Below are positions 63,651 to 64,000 of a DNA stretch of 64,000 nucleotides, one piece after another. The position numbers were made by a program, and so were the translations under genes. Source of the stretch: Octopus bimaculoides. Lineage: Eukaryota. The stretch lies in NCBI RefSeq assembly GCF_001194135.2, contig NC_068988.1, positions 16,784,513 to 16,848,512 on the forward strand. The letters run 5' to 3'. The notes below the pieces were generated by a model. That model saw only the letters and a list, made by a program, of their open reading frames with translations, made no database searches and was not told the origin of the DNA. Each line of letters begins with the position of its first letter. Positions within the stretch are counted from its first letter, which is position 1.

Positions 63651-64000
63651 AACGTCGTTTATATTTACGCAGTTTGTCGTTCAGTATAGCAACTCTCTTG
63701 AGTGTACGTTGAAGCAGGGTGTATTATTTTGACTTCTACCATTGAATAATTTCCGCGGGGGTGTAGCTCAGTCGGTGACAATGTTTTCAGCTTTTGACTA
63801 GTACCTTATTTTACCAAACATTAGGAAGTATGGAAATCAAGTAATGACATGTCAAATTTTAAGCATTCTCAGCAGTACACACACTAATAATTCATAATCC
63901 AGCATTCATTAATAAAAGAAGTATTTTCTTCCGCCTCGACACAACCCCTCAACGTTTTCAGAGGGTTTATAAGACGTATGGGTGTGTAAATGTACATTCA

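Noticed and set aside
63764-63800. GGGGTGTAGCTCAGTCGGT tRNA-like 5' end
   Set aside because: No anticodon arm, T-arm or B-box follows, so at most a decayed SINE head.

Overview
Eukaryotic, strongly AT-rich, gap-containing draft-assembly DNA. It is dominated by microsatellites ((TA)n, (CA)n, (AG)n, (AAT)n, (ATAC)n) and several tRNA-derived SINE families. The repeat landscape looks like octopus/coleoid cephalopod DNA; this is inference from pattern recognition, not a database hit. I found no confidently identifiable host gene, rRNA, true tRNA or CRISPR array, and most listed ORFs are microsatellite, N-gap or antisense artefacts. What can be supported: (i) about 25-30 copies of a SINE with a GGCGAGCTGGCAGAA head, a second SINE family with an internal microsatellite, and modular SINEs of a third type; (ii) fossil coding fragments of a Mutator-like transposase, a mariner transposase, a Penelope-like element (PLE) and probably an RLE-type non-LTR element; (iii) several long-inverted-repeat (MITE/foldback) elements. 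The most interesting signal is a set of hammerhead-ribozyme (HHR) motifs in PLE-like contexts. One is an apparently intact type I HHR at 31974-32087. One is a degenerate HHR downstream of a tRNA-type pol III promoter (25594-25866, a SINE-plus-ribozyme architecture). One is an HHR-like core inside a foldback (7973-8103), and one is a weak permuted candidate (37091-37137). All peptide-family assignments were made by eye and need HMM confirmation.
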